Positions 15,732-25,405 of a DNA stretch of 64,000 bases are shown here, one piece after another; the stretch's first letter is position 1, and every line of letters begins with the position of its first letter. The position numbers were made by a program, and so were the translations under genes. This DNA comes from a virus. The notes below the pieces were generated by a model. That model was not told the DNA's origin, did no database searches, and saw nothing but the letters and a program-made list of their open reading frames with translations. The DNA lies in the IMG/VR virus record IMGVR_UViG_3300027917_001949, positions 64,001 to 128,000 of that record. One strand, given 5' to 3'.

Positions 15732-16217
15732 TTATCCAAACGCTACTTTACCTTTTTCTTCTGCTGTTGTTTTACCTCGGTACGTTCCCTTCTCGTCGAT
15801 TAGAATACCGTCAAGATGGTCTACCTCATGTTCAACCACACTTGTTTCATGGACATCACGACACCTGAACTTTAGTGGTCTACCGTGAATGTCTTCACCG
15901 TACAGGGTAAGTCGTTGTGGTCGCTTAACTTCATATACTTTGTTACCTAAGCTCAGGCAACTTTCATGTACTTTAATCGAACCTTTTCGATGTTTGATAT
16001 GCGGGTTAATAATAGTATGCTCTCTGCCACGCAGCATTACAGTGATAATTCGCAACAACTCACCTACTTGTGGCGCAGCAAGACCGACACCATTATGCTC
16101 TTGACGTACTCGTGACATTTCCTCTGCTACCTCACGAGCATGTTCCATAGCTTCTTCCTCTTCTTCGACAGGAAGAGCTTTTTGTCGTAGAGTTGGGTCT
16201 GGGTCTTTTATTAACAT
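15732..16217 (-). CDS. def: Peptide deformylase
   Basis: GVGLAAPQVG, ESCLS, HEVDHLDG. Confidence 0.93.
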   Translation of the reverse strand: MLIKDPDPTLRQKALPVEEEEEAMEHAREVAEEMSRVRQEHNGVGLAAPQVGELLRIITVMLRGREHTIINPHIKHRKGSIKVHESCLSLGNKVYEVKRPQRLTLYGEDIHGRPLKFRCRDVHETSVVEHEVDHLDGILIDEKGTYRGKTTAEEKGKVAFG

Positions 16218-16370
16218 TATTCCTCCCTCACTAGGTCTACAGTTTCTTCCAATACCCACCGCAAGGTTTCAATTTCTCGGTGAATACCGGATGCCTCGAT
16301 GAGTGATGCATACTTTAACATCTCAGTTAGATTTCGAATTCTTGCTCGAATTTCCTCTTCTGTTTTCATC

Positions 16371-16934
16371 TTACCCCCATTGCTCTGCCCATGCTTCCGC
16401 TATGCCCGTGTATGTTACACTTCGTTTCTTCCACCTATCTTCTGATGGTGATTCATGGTGTACTCGTGGTACTCGACCATCAACAAGATTAGTCGGTTCA
16501 AGTAATGGCAGGTTCTTTAACCATAAGCACGTTGCTTTAGTTTCCCCATGACCGAATTGATATGGTTGTATCTTTTGGTCATAAGTTCTACCAATAATTT
16601 CAACAGCGTATTTATGCGGGATGGGATTCTCCACGGCTATCTTATCGATTGGTGCTTCAAGCAAATCTCTAAAGAATATTGCACCATCCATCATGTCATC
16701 CCATCTACCATCCACTTCATACAACCACCGTACTCCGCTGTTGCAAAGGTACGTACAAGGTGGGTGAGCAATCATCATGTCCCAACCATCGTCTAACCAG
16801 TCAAAGATGTTGCCCTGAATATGTTTTCCAGGGATGTCAGTTGGCAATAAATCGCAACTCCAGGCATCATGACCCTTACGGGCAAATGCTTCTCTCACGA
16901 CACCGCTAAACTCACATGCTATTATAATTCGCAA
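16371..16934 (-). CDS. Phage DNA-cytosine methyltransferase-like protein
   Basis: IIIACEFSG, AHPPCTYL, AVENP, IQPYQFG, KATCLWL; TTG start. Confidence 0.8.
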   Translation of the reverse strand: MRIIIACEFSGVVREAFARKGHDAWSCDLLPTDIPGKHIQGNIFDWLDDGWDMMIAHPPCTYLCNSGVRWLYEVDGRWDDMMDGAIFFRDLLEAPIDKIAVENPIPHKYAVEIIGRTYDQKIQPYQFGHGETKATCLWLKNLPLLEPTNLVDGRVPRVHHESPSEDRWKKRSVTYTGIAEAWAEQWG

Positions 16935-17201
16935 GCTATAGCCTCTTTCAATACATTGAATACGAAGGGTATAGTATTTATCTCGTGGTCTACGATTTCG
17001 TACAGTTGTTCCCAACCATCCCAACTAAGTTGGTATCCAGCACCATAGACAGCTTGGAAGTTTAATCCATAGTGTTGTCTTGAGAACCGACCCGCATACC
17101 ATCTACCATGAATCTTGGCAAGATAATACCATTCCAGACTTATGTCTGGATGTTCGCATCCATTTATTTTCTCTAAATCTATTGGTTTCAACTTAACCAT
17201 T

Positions 17202-17651
17202 TTACCAATTTCCTCGCTCGGTAAAACATTTAAACCGAGCTTCGCAATTCCTGCATATCTCCTCTGGTAATTCTTCGTATGACCAGCATACTTTTAACGT
17301 GGTGTCACATTCTTTACAAGTAGGAAAGTAATGTATTGGCGACGTATAGGTAGTATCTATGATGGTTTTGCACGTCGTACAATACCAACGTGTAACTTTA
17401 CTTTCCCCGACGTTCTCTTTTACTCCAATATAATCTAATCCGAAAGGAGTGTGATTAAACCACAATCCACAGCGTGGATTGGCACATTTGATATTGATTG
17501 ACATACCACCACTTGGACCTTCGTACCACTGGTTGCCACCACAGTTTGGACATACTACCGATTTTGGTTGTTCATCAGGTTCGACCACTAACTCACCGTG
17601 ATTTGTCGGATACCGCATGATAATTCTTTTTAGTGTGTCAAGCATTTTCAT
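17202..17651 (-). CDS. Multi Zn-ribbon plus Cys-module protein (CRNCEARFKCFT)
   Basis: CPNC/CTTC/CKEC plus motif. Confidence 0.7.
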   Translation of the reverse strand: MKMLDTLKRIIMRYPTNHGELVVEPDEQPKSVVCPNCGGNQWYEGPSGGMSINIKCANPRCGLWFNHTPFGLDYIGVKENVGESKVTRWYCTTCKTIIDTTYTSPIHYFPTCKECDTTLKVCWSYEELPEEICRNCEARFKCFTERGNW

Positions 17652-17874
17652 TTATATGCTCCATATCGATGATACCATATTTGTCATAGTAAGCCCAATA
17701 CATCGCACTTTTTATCGGTCTACTAGCTGTCCAACATTTGAACCGCAAGTCACACTCAGAACACAAGTGTAGGCTGTTCTCTCGTTTTAACCATTCTTGA
17801 CATTTGCTAAAATTATAGTCGTTCACTTGAAAATCACTTATGTGTATGTCACCAGCTAGGTATACGTCTATCAT
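17638..17874 (-). CDS. Hypothetical Cys-module protein (CSECDLRFKCWT)
   Basis: Recurrent motif. Confidence 0.7.
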   Translation of the reverse strand: MIDVYLAGDIHISDFQVNDYNFSKCQEWLKRENSLHLCSECDLRFKCWTASRPIKSAMYWAYYDKYGIIDMEHINENA

Positions 17875-18069
17875 CCAACTAACTCGTCAATACAATTATT
17901 ATGCCTCGCAGCAATCTGACGGGAAAGTGACTCGGCTTTTTCTACCGTCTTCGGGTCGGAAGAGTTATACGGTAGACACGCAATCTCCCCAACACCTGCT
18001 TGCCAGATGATGTATCCAGATTTCTGGGGTTCTTTGTTTGTAATCCATTTATAATTTTCCATAATCTTT

Positions 18070-18131
18070 TGGAGTAACTACAGGGTTCGAACCTGTACAA
18101 CGTATGCTACAACGAACTTCACGCAGTTACC
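18070..18131 (-). ncRNA. Isolated truncated tRNA-like element
   Basis: GGTAACT/AGTTACT stem, ACAGG-TTCGAAC-CCTGT T arm, 3' CCA; only about 62 nt. Confidence 0.45.
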
Positions 18132-18747
18132 GGTTTACCTCCACAGCTATTAACGACCATTCATCAATTGACTTAACCATGTTAAGCAGTTCGTTCCTTT
18201 TTAGGAGTGCCACCAGCGTGTCTACCTCATTTCACCAAGCTACTCACAACTCCTTCTTTTCCTATAAGGATGATGTCATCACTTATGGGTTTTAAACGTT
18301 CTAATGGTGCACCGACGTACATCCACTTTCTGCCATCAGCATCAGTACAAAGGACTTCGAACCCATACATCATACTACCATTAACCTGAATGTCAGAGAT
18401 TATTCCTATGACGGGGTCTTCGTGTTTTGTAGTGTATGGGTAATCCGTAACGATTACTTCGTCACCAATATTAAGGTTACCGAACAGTTTATTAATTGCC
18501 TCGTCTCTAGTCATCCTCATCCTTCCAAAACGCTTCTTTTGGGGGGAACATGCATGTAGAATACATTGCTCTATGTTCAAACTCGGCACGAGTTATTAGT
18601 TCCTCGTACCAGCTATACTGAAAGTTCTTTCTATCCCAACCATCAGGGTCATAGATAGTTACATTACTTTCCTTCTGCCATTCCTCAGAAGTTTTCACGT
18701 CTTCTTCGTGCAACCACTCGATAAGCTCTTCGGCTGAATCGAAGGTT

Positions 18748-19023
18748 CTATTCTCCATCTTCTACCTTTTTCAACATTATCTCAGCTATCTCACGAGCCA
18801 CGGACGGTTTGATTATAATGTTCTGCCCTTTTCCAGGAAATTTCTCACCGTTCTGTCGTTCTTTCCAGACTCGCAATTGGATAAACTCGTGACCGTAGCA
18901 ACGTACCTTCGATACACGTACAGTCGAGTACTTGTTCTTGGTTACTTCACCAAGTTCCTCAAGTAATCTGTATTTCTCTTTCTCATCAAATTCTTTATCT
19001 ACTTCACCAAATGACATAATCAA
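18748..19023 (-). CDS. PC4/YdbC-like ssDNA-binding protein
   Basis: VRVS...FIQLRVW...PGKG. Confidence 0.65.
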   Translation of the reverse strand: MIMSFGEVDKEFDEKEKYRLLEELGEVTKNKYSTVRVSKVRCYGHEFIQLRVWKERQNGEKFPGKGQNIIIKPSVAREIAEIMLKKVEDGE

Positions 19024-19402
19024 CTCCGGTGGCTCATAATTTCGCTTATCAATTCTCCGGTGGAGACGTAGTAAGCTTCATCATCCTCAAACTCTAATAC
19101 CAATCCAAGAATTAGATGGTCAGACTCAGTATCTACAAGAAGAGATAAAACGCACTTCTCTCCGCTTGTCTCATTATCACCACGAGCCATCGGTATTCGT
19201 TGAGCATCAGTATTTGAATCAAACTTCTCTATCTTCATGAGTTAAAAACTCTCCCACACTCTGTTACCAACCCGATAATCGCAAGTATAACGATGGAACA
19301 TAAGAAAAGTAATAACACCAATTCCTGTTTTGTCATTTTACTTCCAATTTCCAAATAATAGATATGCAAGAGCAAGCACTAAACACACTATCTGTACCGT
19401 AT

Positions 19403-19612
19403 TCATGCTTTCGGTTTCCTCCCTCGACCAGACCACTTACCGGTTGTCTCATGTTCCTGCATCCACTTAAGTATGCTAGTCGCTAAAAAGACTCGCTTAT
19501 TACCTAAGCGAACCACTGGAAAGTCATTATCACGAATCAATCTTGCCAGTTGATTCTGGTCAATATTCAGGAGTTCAAGGAGTCTATCCTCACTCCATAT
19601 TTCTGATTCCAT
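19403..19612 (-). CDS. Excisionase-like HTH protein (HTH_17)
   Basis: LLNI..LARLIR..FPVVRLG..RVF..SILKW. Confidence 0.75.
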   Translation of the reverse strand: MESEIWSEDRLLELLNIDQNQLARLIRDNDFPVVRLGNKRVFLATSILKWMQEHETTGKWSGRGRKPKA

Positions 19613-20199
19613 ATAATTATATAGTCTGTAACAATTTCAGGCAGGATTTTGATTTGAGGCAATTCAAACCCGATTTTTGAGCGTGAACTATTACCTTTTC
19701 TAACTTACTTTTTGAAGTCCGTGGGAAGTAGAGGTCCACTGCCACCGTACGGACTGAACGTTCGCTTTTCCCCCAGACTTCGTACGGGATTTCTTTAATC
19801 GCTTTTTCTTTGAGGATTTCTCTGAGGTCTTGACTCGTCGTGTAGAGGACGACTGTTTGGTTGTCCCCGAATTCCCTGATTTCCGTGACCTCTTGAGTCC
19901 TATCAGTTTCGCTTTTATTGGATGTTTCTTGTACTCTTCCCATTGCTCTTCACTTAAGGCACAGGGATATGCTTCCGATGTGCCGTCCTTTCCTGCTTTG
20001 AATAAAGTAATCCAATAGAGTTTGCCATCAAAAAAGATGTCACCCTGTTCACCCCACACGTCATCAACCCACCTGCTGGTAGGATTTCGTGGGGTACTGA
20101 CTCCCTTACTTTTCTTTCGCTTCTTCTTAGGCTTTCCATTTAATACCTGTTCTCTAGCCTTCTTCTCCGCTTTCTGTATTTTCTTACGTATATTGGTTC

Positions 20200-20541
20200 T
20201 CAATATCCACCCCGACATGTTAATCGCAGAATCTTGTGCTCATCACCCTGCTCTACCACAGTCTCGATAACTACTCCCCAAAACAAATCCATTTCATTAT
20301 ACCTTACCATTAATCGCTGCCCCATCAGACAGTCTACCGAGGTGGTCGATGGTATAATTGCTTTAACATAAGCTTCCGGCAACCCAGTGATGCGCTGTGA
20401 AATGTCATATTGAAGCCAGTACATCACCTCAAATTTACGGGTTGTCCAGCACTTAAATCGATTATTACAACTATCACACTTTGAGGCATCCAAATGTACC
20501 ATGGTGATACTAATATCGATACTATTAATTTGATTTCGCAC
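20200..20541 (-). CDS. Hypothetical Cys-module protein (CDSCNNRFKCWT)
   Basis: Recurrent motif. Confidence 0.65.
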   Translation of the reverse strand: MRNQINSIDISITMVHLDASKCDSCNNRFKCWTTRKFEVMYWLQYDISQRITGLPEAYVKAIIPSTTSVDCLMGQRLMVRYNEMDLFWGVVIETVVEQGDEHKILRLTCRGGY

Positions 20542-20743
20542 CTAGTTCTTCTATCACTTTCAATAAATCACTGAGCTTGGTTTGCGTTTCTAGTCCGACA
20601 CGCATATCAATGTCATCCCCACCGTCTCGTTCAGTGTAACATCGGAATCGCTTATTACAAGTCTTACACTCGTCCGGTGCGGTTTGCATTTTAGTGCATC
20701 TGGTTATAATTAGTGCATCATCTTCCCAGTCAAATACTATCAT
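20525..20743 (-). CDS. Hypothetical Cys-module protein (CKTCNKRFRCYT)
   Basis: Recurrent motif. Confidence 0.7.
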   Translation of the reverse strand: MIVFDWEDDALIITRCTKMQTAPDECKTCNKRFRCYTERDGGDDIDMRVGLETQTKLSDLLKVIEELGAKSN

Positions 20744-20978
20744 ATCAGATAATTCTTCCCGTCATCCAGACCGTTTTGAATACGTATGGCAAACTGACGA
20801 ATCTCCATGATGGTTTCATCGTCTTGCTTCCATTTACTGGTGATGTCTTCTGGCATGTCACTCCAGGCAATGGTCATTTCCTCGGCAAATCTTAAGACCC
20901 GAAGCAACGTCCAGTAATCGTCATCTTCGAACAGGACTTTATACTGACACTCAGTCTCGTTCTTCACTGTCATATCTT

Positions 20979-21007
20979 ATTATACCACGTGTTGAGCTAT
21001 TTGTCAA
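20979..21007 (-). promoter_or_regulatory. Sigma70-type promoter, probably leaderless transcript
   Basis: TTGACA-17-TATAAT; ATG (20973) only 5 nt downstream. Confidence 0.75.
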
Positions 21008-21392
21008 GTGCTTTGACCATCTCTCGATAGTCGGTATACTTTTCTCGTATCTCTGCTAACACTTCTTCCTTTGAGAGTCCGAATTTATCCAGTAGGTAGT
21101 TTCGCATGTCGAAGTCACGAATATATTCGAACTGACATAAAGGACAATATTTTGATGGAAGCTCGTACCTCAAGTCGTAGAGGTCATCGCTTTCCTCGTC
21201 CTCACCGGCAAACTTTGCGTCAAGCTCACCTTTATTGAGTACATATTCTTCAAGGAAAGTGTGCCCCATTTCACACTGGTACATCTCAGCTTCGTCGAGA
21301 CTCATGTCCCAACCGGATGCTTCCTCGCCGGTAATATCACAGATATAACTACTAGAACTAGAGTTACTTACGAATCCTCGTCTTATTCTCAT
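20997..21392 (-). CDS. FVSNSSS-leader family protein 8
   Basis: MRIRRGFVSNSSSSSY. Confidence 0.85.
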   Translation of the reverse strand: MRIRRGFVSNSSSSSYICDITGEEASGWDMSLDEAEMYQCEMGHTFLEEYVLNKGELDAKFAGEDEESDDLYDLRYELPSKYCPLCQFEYIRDFDMRNYLLDKFGLSKEEVLAEIREKYTDYREMVKALDK

Positions 21393-21399
21393 TACTCAC

Positions 21400-21648
21400 C
21401 TACCAATCAAATTCACAAGGTATGTTGTTGTCCCTGAGATATTTGTGTATTATCTCGTCGTGAATACTCACCTGACCATGAAAGTGCTTCTCACTCTCAT
21501 AAACATCAGTATCACCACTACTATCGAAGTCCTCCGCTTCACGAATCGCTTCACGGAATCCCTCTATCTGTTCCTCTGTCATGTCGCACTTATCGAGCAC
21601 GAATGAAGAGGAACTGGAATTACTTACAAAACCATCTCTAATCTTCAT
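21400..21648 (-). CDS. FVSNSSS-leader family protein 7
   Basis: MKIRDGFVSNSSSSSF. Confidence 0.85.
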   Translation of the reverse strand: MKIRDGFVSNSSSSSFVLDKCDMTEEQIEGFREAIREAEDFDSSGDTDVYESEKHFHGQVSIHDEIIHKYLRDNNIPCEFDW

Positions 21649-22022
21649 TAGTCCGAACTCGTCTCCCCGTAGTCTAGGTCAACTTCGTTCTTAGTAAAGG
21701 TGACACCGTACCCTGCCGCAATCTTAATGAATTCTTTCTTGAGGTCATCAAGTGACTGACCAGCACGAAAACCACTTTCAGCTTCGACCCCTACAGCATA
21801 CGGGCTATAGTCCTGCATAAGTTGACCATCGTCAGCAGTCTCGTAGTCAGCCTCGTTACCAATGAATACCAATCGTTTACCCTCATTGAGACCACCCCAT
21901 CCCCACTTAGCTTCATCCTTTTCGGCTAACTCTCGGAGTCTCGGGTCACCGTAGTTGGCAACACCGACAATCATGTAGCTACTTGAACTACTATTACTTA
22001 CAAACCCTGCTCTTACTTTCAT
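21648..22022 (-). CDS. FVSNSSS-leader family protein 6
   Basis: MKVRAGFVSNSSSSSY. Confidence 0.85.
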   Translation of the reverse strand: MKVRAGFVSNSSSSSYMIVGVANYGDPRLRELAEKDEAKWGWGGLNEGKRLVFIGNEADYETADDGQLMQDYSPYAVGVEAESGFRAGQSLDDLKKEFIKIAAGYGVTFTKNEVDLDYGETSSD

Positions 22023-22398
22023 TTTACCTTACCTTTCCGCAAGTCGGACAAATTTTCAACGACCAATACTTGTCTTGCCACTCTTTCAAGATACCTGAAT
22101 CGGTTTTCATATGCTTCACGGTGGCATATCTCAGGTCATCCATTTCGTCCACACTTTTAGCGTTATTAATTAACTGTCGTAATTCTGCGACTGTATCTAT
22201 TTGTCTCGCAACCATCCCTTTTCCCCTAGCTGTTTCCACGCATCATCATAATTTCGTGCATTAACAAGTTCGACATCATCTATATCAGCCGTACCGTCTT
22301 GTCTGATGTCTTCAAGAACGTCATTGACACTTTGTATGTCATTTGCGTTATAGATGACGACTCCACTTATTTTGTACGCTATAAATTTACCCATTTTA

Positions 22399-22758
22399 TC
22401 ACCCCATATGTACTCGTGTGGCGTCATATGCTTCTTCGATTATTTCAAATAATGCATACGGTATAGTATTGTCGCTATGGCTGTAGATAATCACCTTACC
22501 CACCAAATCGTCGTTCTCTTGTAGTTTTGACGTCCTATAATATCCTAAATAATTTCTCAAAGTATCTGTGTTAGTGTTTTTATCAATTTTAATAGGTGTG
22601 TCAAATACTGCGTGAAACGCATACTCATGTCCGGTCATGACGTTGTAAAGCATTAGTAACCACCTGAGTTCGGTCTCTATTTGTTCTGGTTCTCTGTCCG
22701 TTTCACAAATAAACGCTTCACTAGAACTATTGCTTACGAACCCTATTCTAATCTTCAT
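22399..22758 (-). CDS. FVSNSSS-leader family protein 5
   Basis: MKIRIGFVSNSSSEAF. Confidence 0.85.
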   Translation of the reverse strand: MKIRIGFVSNSSSEAFICETDREPEQIETELRWLLMLYNVMTGHEYAFHAVFDTPIKIDKNTNTDTLRNYLGYYRTSKLQENDDLVGKVIIYSHSDNTIPYALFEIIEEAYDATRVHMG

Positions 22759-22979
22759 TCTACTGCTACTACTGCGGTAACTTCGGGAATTTCGTGCTGT
22801 AGTATCCTCTCAATCCCTATTTTTAGAGTTAGGGATGCCATGGCACACCCATCACACGCACCTTTGAGCCTGACCGACACTATACCATCATCAGTAACAT
22901 CGACAAGCTCAACATCGCCGCCATCACGGATTAACATCGGTCTTATGTATTCTAGTATTTCTTCTACTTTCTCTCTCAT
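22755..22979 (-). CDS. NifU/Nfu-type Fe-S cluster carrier (C-terminal domain)
   Basis: IRPMLIRDGGDVELV...LKGACDGC...TLKIGIE. Confidence 0.93.
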   Translation of the reverse strand: MREKVEEILEYIRPMLIRDGGDVELVDVTDDGIVSVRLKGACDGCAMASLTLKIGIERILQHEIPEVTAVVAVE

Positions 22980-23302
22980 AACAATTCCTTTATTCTTTCC
23001 CTATTAACCAAGTAGATAGCTCCCTCTTCAGGTCCGGCTAATATCTCAACACCAACATCATACTCATTGAGTACCTCGCTCAGAACGATGATAGAATCAT
23101 TATCATCTTCCTCATACAACACCCCTTTATCAATAAGTTTCTTGAAGCTGTGTTGAACGTCCTCGACTGTTACTTCAAGCTCGTAGGGGTAGTTCTCGAT
23201 AGCTTTCTCGATGTCACCATCCGATAATGTAAAGTTATCCGGTAGCAATACCATGAACGAACTACTTGAACTGTTGGATACAAAACCATTTCTTATTTTC
23301 AT
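22976..23302 (-). CDS. FVSNSSS-leader family protein 4
   Basis: MKIRNGFVSNSSSSSF. Confidence 0.85.
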   Translation of the reverse strand: MKIRNGFVSNSSSSSFMVLLPDNFTLSDGDIEKAIENYPYELEVTVEDVQHSFKKLIDKGVLYEEDDNDSIIVLSEVLNEYDVGVEILAGPEEGAIYLVNRERIKELL

Positions 23303-23450
23303 CTTCTCAATTCCTTTATTAACGCACTACAACGTTTATAGTACTTACATTTTTTACCAGTGCAATCGAAGTATCTACTCAGTCCACTCATAGTACTAAG
23401 ACTACGTTCCAGACAAGCTACTAAATCTTTAGCCTCGGTTAGACTGAGCA

Positions 23451-23813
23451 TTAAAACCCTTCCTCGCTATGAATTATGTCGATTCCTGGCGTTTCTGGTA
23501 TACCGTGGTTACATAAGAATGCTGCCAAGTCATCCCCATCATCTGTATAGAAGTTACCGACAAGTATTTTATTACCCTCATTCAATGATGCTATACACCG
23601 GTCATACTCGTTCTGTACGTACTCGTCACGTTCACCGTACTGCCAGTATATTTCTTCAAAGTATGCGTCTAAAGCTTCTTTACTTTCGATTACTTCATTT
23701 GCATATTGCGACAAGTCAACCCGTATATGTAGAACAATCTCTGTCGCATCCTGTACTCCGATAATAAAACTGGTCGAGCTTGAATTACTAACAAACCCGC
23801 TTCTCGTTTTCAT
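23451..23813 (-). CDS. FVSNSSS-leader family protein 3
   Basis: MKTRSGFVSNSSSTSF, GGAGG SD. Confidence 0.85.
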   Translation of the reverse strand: MKTRSGFVSNSSSTSFIIGVQDATEIVLHIRVDLSQYANEVIESKEALDAYFEEIYWQYGERDEYVQNEYDRCIASLNEGNKILVGNFYTDDGDDLAAFLCNHGIPETPGIDIIHSEEGF

Positions 23814-24148
23814 AGTCCCTCCTGACTTTTGCACAAATTTCTATGATGTTCTCTTGTGCCGTTATTAAACCATTGATAAGTTTAAGTTCTTTCTCCAATT
23901 GGTCACGTACACCGATTAAATCTTTTTGAAGTAACTCAAACTCAAAGGCTGCTTTATTTATTTTAGCTATAAATTCTTCATTCATTCTATTGGATACTCA
24001 TAGAAATACAGTTTCCACGGTTTCTCCTTATTCGATGCTTTAAACCGTAATGTGCAATAAAACGGTGCAGGGTTACCCTCATCGTTCCAAAACCATTGTT
24101 CTTCTAGTGCGTGCTTTCTATACTTGAATGTTTTCGTCGCACAGTACT

Positions 24149-24697
24149 TCATAGATGACCTCGTTCTAAAAATTCTTTCCTGCTGATTCGTTCTATGCTT
24201 GGTTGTTTCAAGTGATATTTAACCATAACGTCATCAACACCATACATCTCCATCCATAACCCATAATTTTGAGCAATAACCATTTTATGATTACCACCTT
24301 TCCAGAAGACATGCTGGTGTCCGTAGTTTATCGTGGCTAAGAATGGTATCCTGTTTTCGAGCAACCATGTAATCACCTCACCCTGATTACACATTATGTA
24401 ATATCCGTAATTAAGTTCAAACTTAAAATACTGGTCTACCTCAATAATAAAATCATCCTCATCAACTCTTGGTTCTGGTGGTATATTACTCTTATAGTCT
24501 GCGTCTCGACGAATTCCAAGTTCTAATTCACTCGGTGAGTCGTGATTAATGGCAAAGAAACCGTAGTCCTTGAGTAGCTTGATTTGCTTGTCCGACAAAC
24601 GTGGTTTTATGCCATGAATTTCATCTAGGATTAACCTGTGCCGAACTACAAAACTACTAGAACTACTGTTACTGACGAAACCGTGCCTGATTTTCAT
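24149..24697 (-). CDS. FVSNSSS-leader family protein 2
   Basis: MKIRHGFVSNSSSSSF, ATGA-coupled. Confidence 0.85.
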   Translation of the reverse strand: MKIRHGFVSNSSSSSFVVRHRLILDEIHGIKPRLSDKQIKLLKDYGFFAINHDSPSELELGIRRDADYKSNIPPEPRVDEDDFIIEVDQYFKFELNYGYYIMCNQGEVITWLLENRIPFLATINYGHQHVFWKGGNHKMVIAQNYGLWMEMYGVDDVMVKYHLKQPSIERISRKEFLERGHL

Positions 24698-25203
24698 TGC
24701 CATTCCTCGTGGTACATGTTACGACACCACCTACCATCACGCATTTCAGCTTCAACATCACCTGAGCAACCCTCACCATAGTCACCGATACGGAAGCAAT
24801 AAACGACTTTCCCAGGAAAATTTACCAGGAGTCTTTCGGCTCTCTCGATACACTTTTCCATGTATTCGCTATCCCATTCCCACTCATAATCCCACTTGTA
24901 GGCATCTGCTTCGGTTTCGTCATCGTAACGCCAACCACCTGTACGTATCAGTCTGGCTAATTCACTCCTTTTTCCATTGCCGGTGAAGCACTTAAACCTT
25001 TCTTTGCACGAGTCGCACTCTGGTTGCGGTGGGTTGCAAAGTAATATTCCTTTCTGTCGTTTCATCCACGTAAGTAATAACTCAGCTTCTTCAAGACTTG
25101 CACCTTTGGACATAAGTTCAATAGGCAGAGTCGGTCTCTTATCCAATACGATAAGAAAACTAGCCGAACTGCTATTACTTACGAAACCACTACGAATTTT
25201 CAT
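24694..25203 (-). CDS. FVSNSSS-leader family protein 1, with Cys module (CDSCKERFKCFT)
   Basis: Carries both recurrent motifs. Confidence 0.85.
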   Translation of the reverse strand: MKIRSGFVSNSSSASFLIVLDKRPTLPIELMSKGASLEEAELLLTWMKRQKGILLCNPPQPECDSCKERFKCFTGNGKRSELARLIRTGGWRYDDETEADAYKWDYEWEWDSEYMEKCIERAERLLVNFPGKVVYCFRIGDYGEGCSGDVEAEMRDGRWCRNMYHEEWQ

Positions 25204-25405
25204 GCTTTATCCATTGACTTGTCCAGCATGTGAATCTAAACTCACACCCACCACAAGCTTCGTTCTTCTCCATCCACGTTGCACTATTTTCACTTGCTTT
25301 AAATGTCACCGCTCGACATCTGTCCATGTATGACTGCATTGTATATGAATTTTCAGTGCCGAACGGTGACAATAATACATTGATATATCTAGTCTTACGT
25401 GTCAT
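25190..25405 (-). CDS. Hypothetical Cys-module protein (CGGCEFRFTCWT)
   Basis: Recurrent motif. Confidence 0.65.
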   Translation of the reverse strand: MTRKTRYINVLLSPFGTENSYTMQSYMDRCRAVTFKASENSATWMEKNEACGGCEFRFTCWTSQWIKHENS

